64,000 nucleotides of DNA from Octopus sinensis (lineage: Eukaryota): assembly GCF_006345805.1 (NCBI RefSeq), contig NC_042998.1, positions 127,782,001 to 127,846,000 of the forward strand. The letters are read 5' to 3'. The first letter of the stretch is position 1, and each line of letters starts with the position of its first letter. Below the pieces are notes generated by a model. That model was not told the DNA's origin. It did not search any database and saw only the letters and a list, made by a program, of their open reading frames with translations. Of the stretch, positions 61,331 through 64,000 are shown one piece after another. The position numbers were made by a program, and so were the translations under genes.

Positions 61331-62439
61331 AGCTTGCGAGTCTGAAATATAGTTCGGTGTTAATAGATATAGATATATATGTGCAAATCGAAAGACTTTG
61401 ATCTTCACACCAGTCGCTATAAATACACCATACATTCACCTTGTGTAAGGCCATACTACTAAACACTTTGACGCGAGTTTCCGTATGGAATACGGAATAG
61501 AATCCTGGACGTGTTATTCTGTTTTTCATTGACCAGTCAAGTGTTTGTATGTCAGTGGGTTCTTACAATAGCTCAGCAAGGATAGGCGGGATAGACTCAT
61601 TCGAGCACGACTGTTACTATTTTTCGCATTTTATTGTTTGTGATGTATGTTCCACTACCACCATGCTGGAGCTAATAAGGTTATTATTAATATCGTTTTT
61701 GTGTGCATAGATTTTTTATTCGTTCCATTTTTTTTTTATGGAATGAATGGGTAATATAGTGTTCATAAGATGATGCCTTTATTGTTGCTGTTGCTGCTGT
61801 AGTTTTTGAATCCTAGGTCAACTTGATTGAACAGGTCTATGATAAAAACAGTCCAGTCGTGACCATCTCGTCTTTTTCCGTCAGCAGAAAACCCTGTAGT
61901 GTATTGTTCAAAGTGTCTTTCTTTAAGACGGTGGGATGGGATTTGAGAAAGATTTCAATGCTATTTCCAGCAGTTTGTACCGCCACAAAGAAGTTCCAGA
62001 CCTATGTGGTATCGTAGATATTTCAAATGTGTGGATATGACTGTACGATGAAACGGCTGGAGATGCTAGTTTCATCAAAAAACATCAAAGAGAAAATTAG
62101 TATGTTGCATGTCTACTGAACGGGGAAGCAAAACATAACAACATAACATAAGCTGACAAAGTACTGAATAGATGGACAGTTGATACACATGATCCACTGA
62201 TTTGCTGGGGTCACCTACTTAGAAAATAAGAGGCAAAACTCTCATCATATCAGCAGAAAATTATACATGGATAAAAACCTGATCAATGAAAGAGATGAAT
62301 GCTTTCAAATTTTCATGTTGTGATAGAAAATGTCGATAGAGCAAAAATATAATCAAAAGAATTCTAGAGACATCCATCCCGTTTAATTTTGGTCAGACAT
62401 ACGAAGGTTTTAAATTATGGTAAAAGGCCAGTTATTTCG

Positions 62440-62580
62440 CGGGAGGGAGTAAGACGATTATATCGGCCTTCGAAAATATGAAAGGCAATGTCCACCTCGG
62501 CGGTATTTGAACTCAGAATGTAAAGACGGACGAGTGGCCGCTAAGCATTTTGCCCAATGTGCTAACGATTCTGCCAGCAT
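62440..62580 (-). mobile_element. Degenerate copy of the dominant SINE
   Basis: GAAAGGCAATGTCCACCTCGGCGGTATTTGAACTCAGAATGTAAAGACGGACG...GCTAACGATTCTGCCAGC. Confidence 0.8.
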
Positions 62581-64000
62581 TTAGTTTAGATATATATTGA
62601 GGGTGACATTATCCAGTATGTCCTTTCCCGTGTAAGGTGCCAGGGTGTGAAATGAAGAAGATTTTACTGCTATTTGTAACAACTTGAACGACCATGCAAT
62701 GACACCCTTTGTCGGTTCGGCCGTGACTCCCTCCTCTTTGACTTGGGAGGTTTGTCTTCATTTGGATCGTTAAGGTAATCTCATTGACATGAAAGTTGTT
62801 TTTATTGTTTATTTTGTTATTGTAGTCGTTGTAGATGCTTAGGTCTCTAATTAAGCAAAACGATGACCAAAGAGTTTGCATTAATGATCATTTAGTCTTT
62901 TGTATAACTACGACTAATTTGTCCAACACTTCGTTCCATTTCTAATTTAAGGGTAATTTAAGGGACAATTCAGCTGCTATTTCCAGGCAGCCGAATGACC
63001 AAGTAGAGGCTCACTCAATTGCTTGGAGTGGGAAGTGAAATGCTGAACGCAGATAGAAGTATTTCATTGGTAGAGTGACTACGGCGTTGCTGTTGTTGAT
63101 GCTGGTGTTAATGATGCTGTGGCTGCTTTGCTCGAATTAGCTCAAGTTGCTACTAATCAGCTCGTGTTGCTTCGTCCGTATTTTATAGAACTATGATCAA
63201 AGTCATTCTAGCCACGACCACTCGATCTTGTTTTTTTCTTCCCCCTTTGGATATACTGTACGTAGGTCTATATTATGAACATTAGCTCCACATCGGTTAT
63301 TTAAATCTGATGGTAGGACTGAAGTAGTATTATATTGAGTGACTGGGCATGTTTTAGTAACAGGGCTTCTGGACACTACGTGTACTAAAGAAGTAGCTTT
63401 AGGTACTAAAGCGGTGACCGATGGTAACTGCGGTAGTTCAATATATAAAAGAATACTTAAAGCCTAAACCATATTCATATTTAAAATGTGGAGCTCTATA
63501 ACTTAGAATAATAATAATAATAATATTCGGGTTATAACGACGAGAATTGTCAGCAATTCACATGACTGATAATGTAGCAAATGGTTTCAACATTTACTAG
63601 TGGTCCTCTCTTGTTAATACTTCACTTTTATATGACACGTATATAAAATACTTATTGCCTATATAACCTACAGCAAAGATAAATATTTCGCAGCTGAAAT
63701 TGTTTGACTCAGGATTTCATCTGAGCGTTTGTTGAAATTAAAACATTTGCATTATAGTAGAATCATGATACTCTTTTAAAGCGTACACACATATATCGTA
63801 GCTGTATTACATACTAAAATGTGCCAAAAGATGTTTATTCTCGCTGTTTTTGATTGCGTTCTTGTATTTGTACGTTTTCCTCTGGTAGCTTTTGTTTTCA
63901 GGCGTAATCGCATGTTTAGTTTTCGTCATAGTTGGTGTTGTTGTTGCTGTTATTGTTGCTGCTGTTATGTGTTGGCGGTGGTCTTTCGGGTGTCATTGCA

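Overview
AT-rich, microsatellite-dense animal genomic DNA. The repeat types and the receptor sequence suggest a coleoid cephalopod (Octopus-like); this is inference, not a database match. The only convincing host gene is a class A aminergic GPCR most similar to 5-HT4 (+, 20814-22148). Its 7TM core sits in one exon after a splice acceptor, and its ORF runs without a stop into a (TA)n tract. The rest is TE debris: Penelope-like elements (PLEs) of two types, three RTE-clade LINE pieces, two Dong/R4-like 3' ends inside (TAA)n, a CR1/Jockey-like piece, Tc1/mariner relics and a MITE, Helitron-like elements and many tRNA-derived SINEs. The most notable structure is a set of 8 short fold-back elements plus one remnant. 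Most have an unpaired G-rich head, fold back at a copy-specific point, and have a returning arm that stops at a TA/CA run. They look more like hairpin products of PLE-type ends than MITEs with fixed TIRs. Also notable are a doubly inverted PLE with a base-exact breakpoint, a twin-priming-like 5' inversion in an RTE, and hammerhead-like motifs with a CUGUnGA core. No rRNA, tRNA gene or CRISPR array is supported. Coordinates of decayed repeats are approximate (tens of bp), and all identities were estimated by eye.
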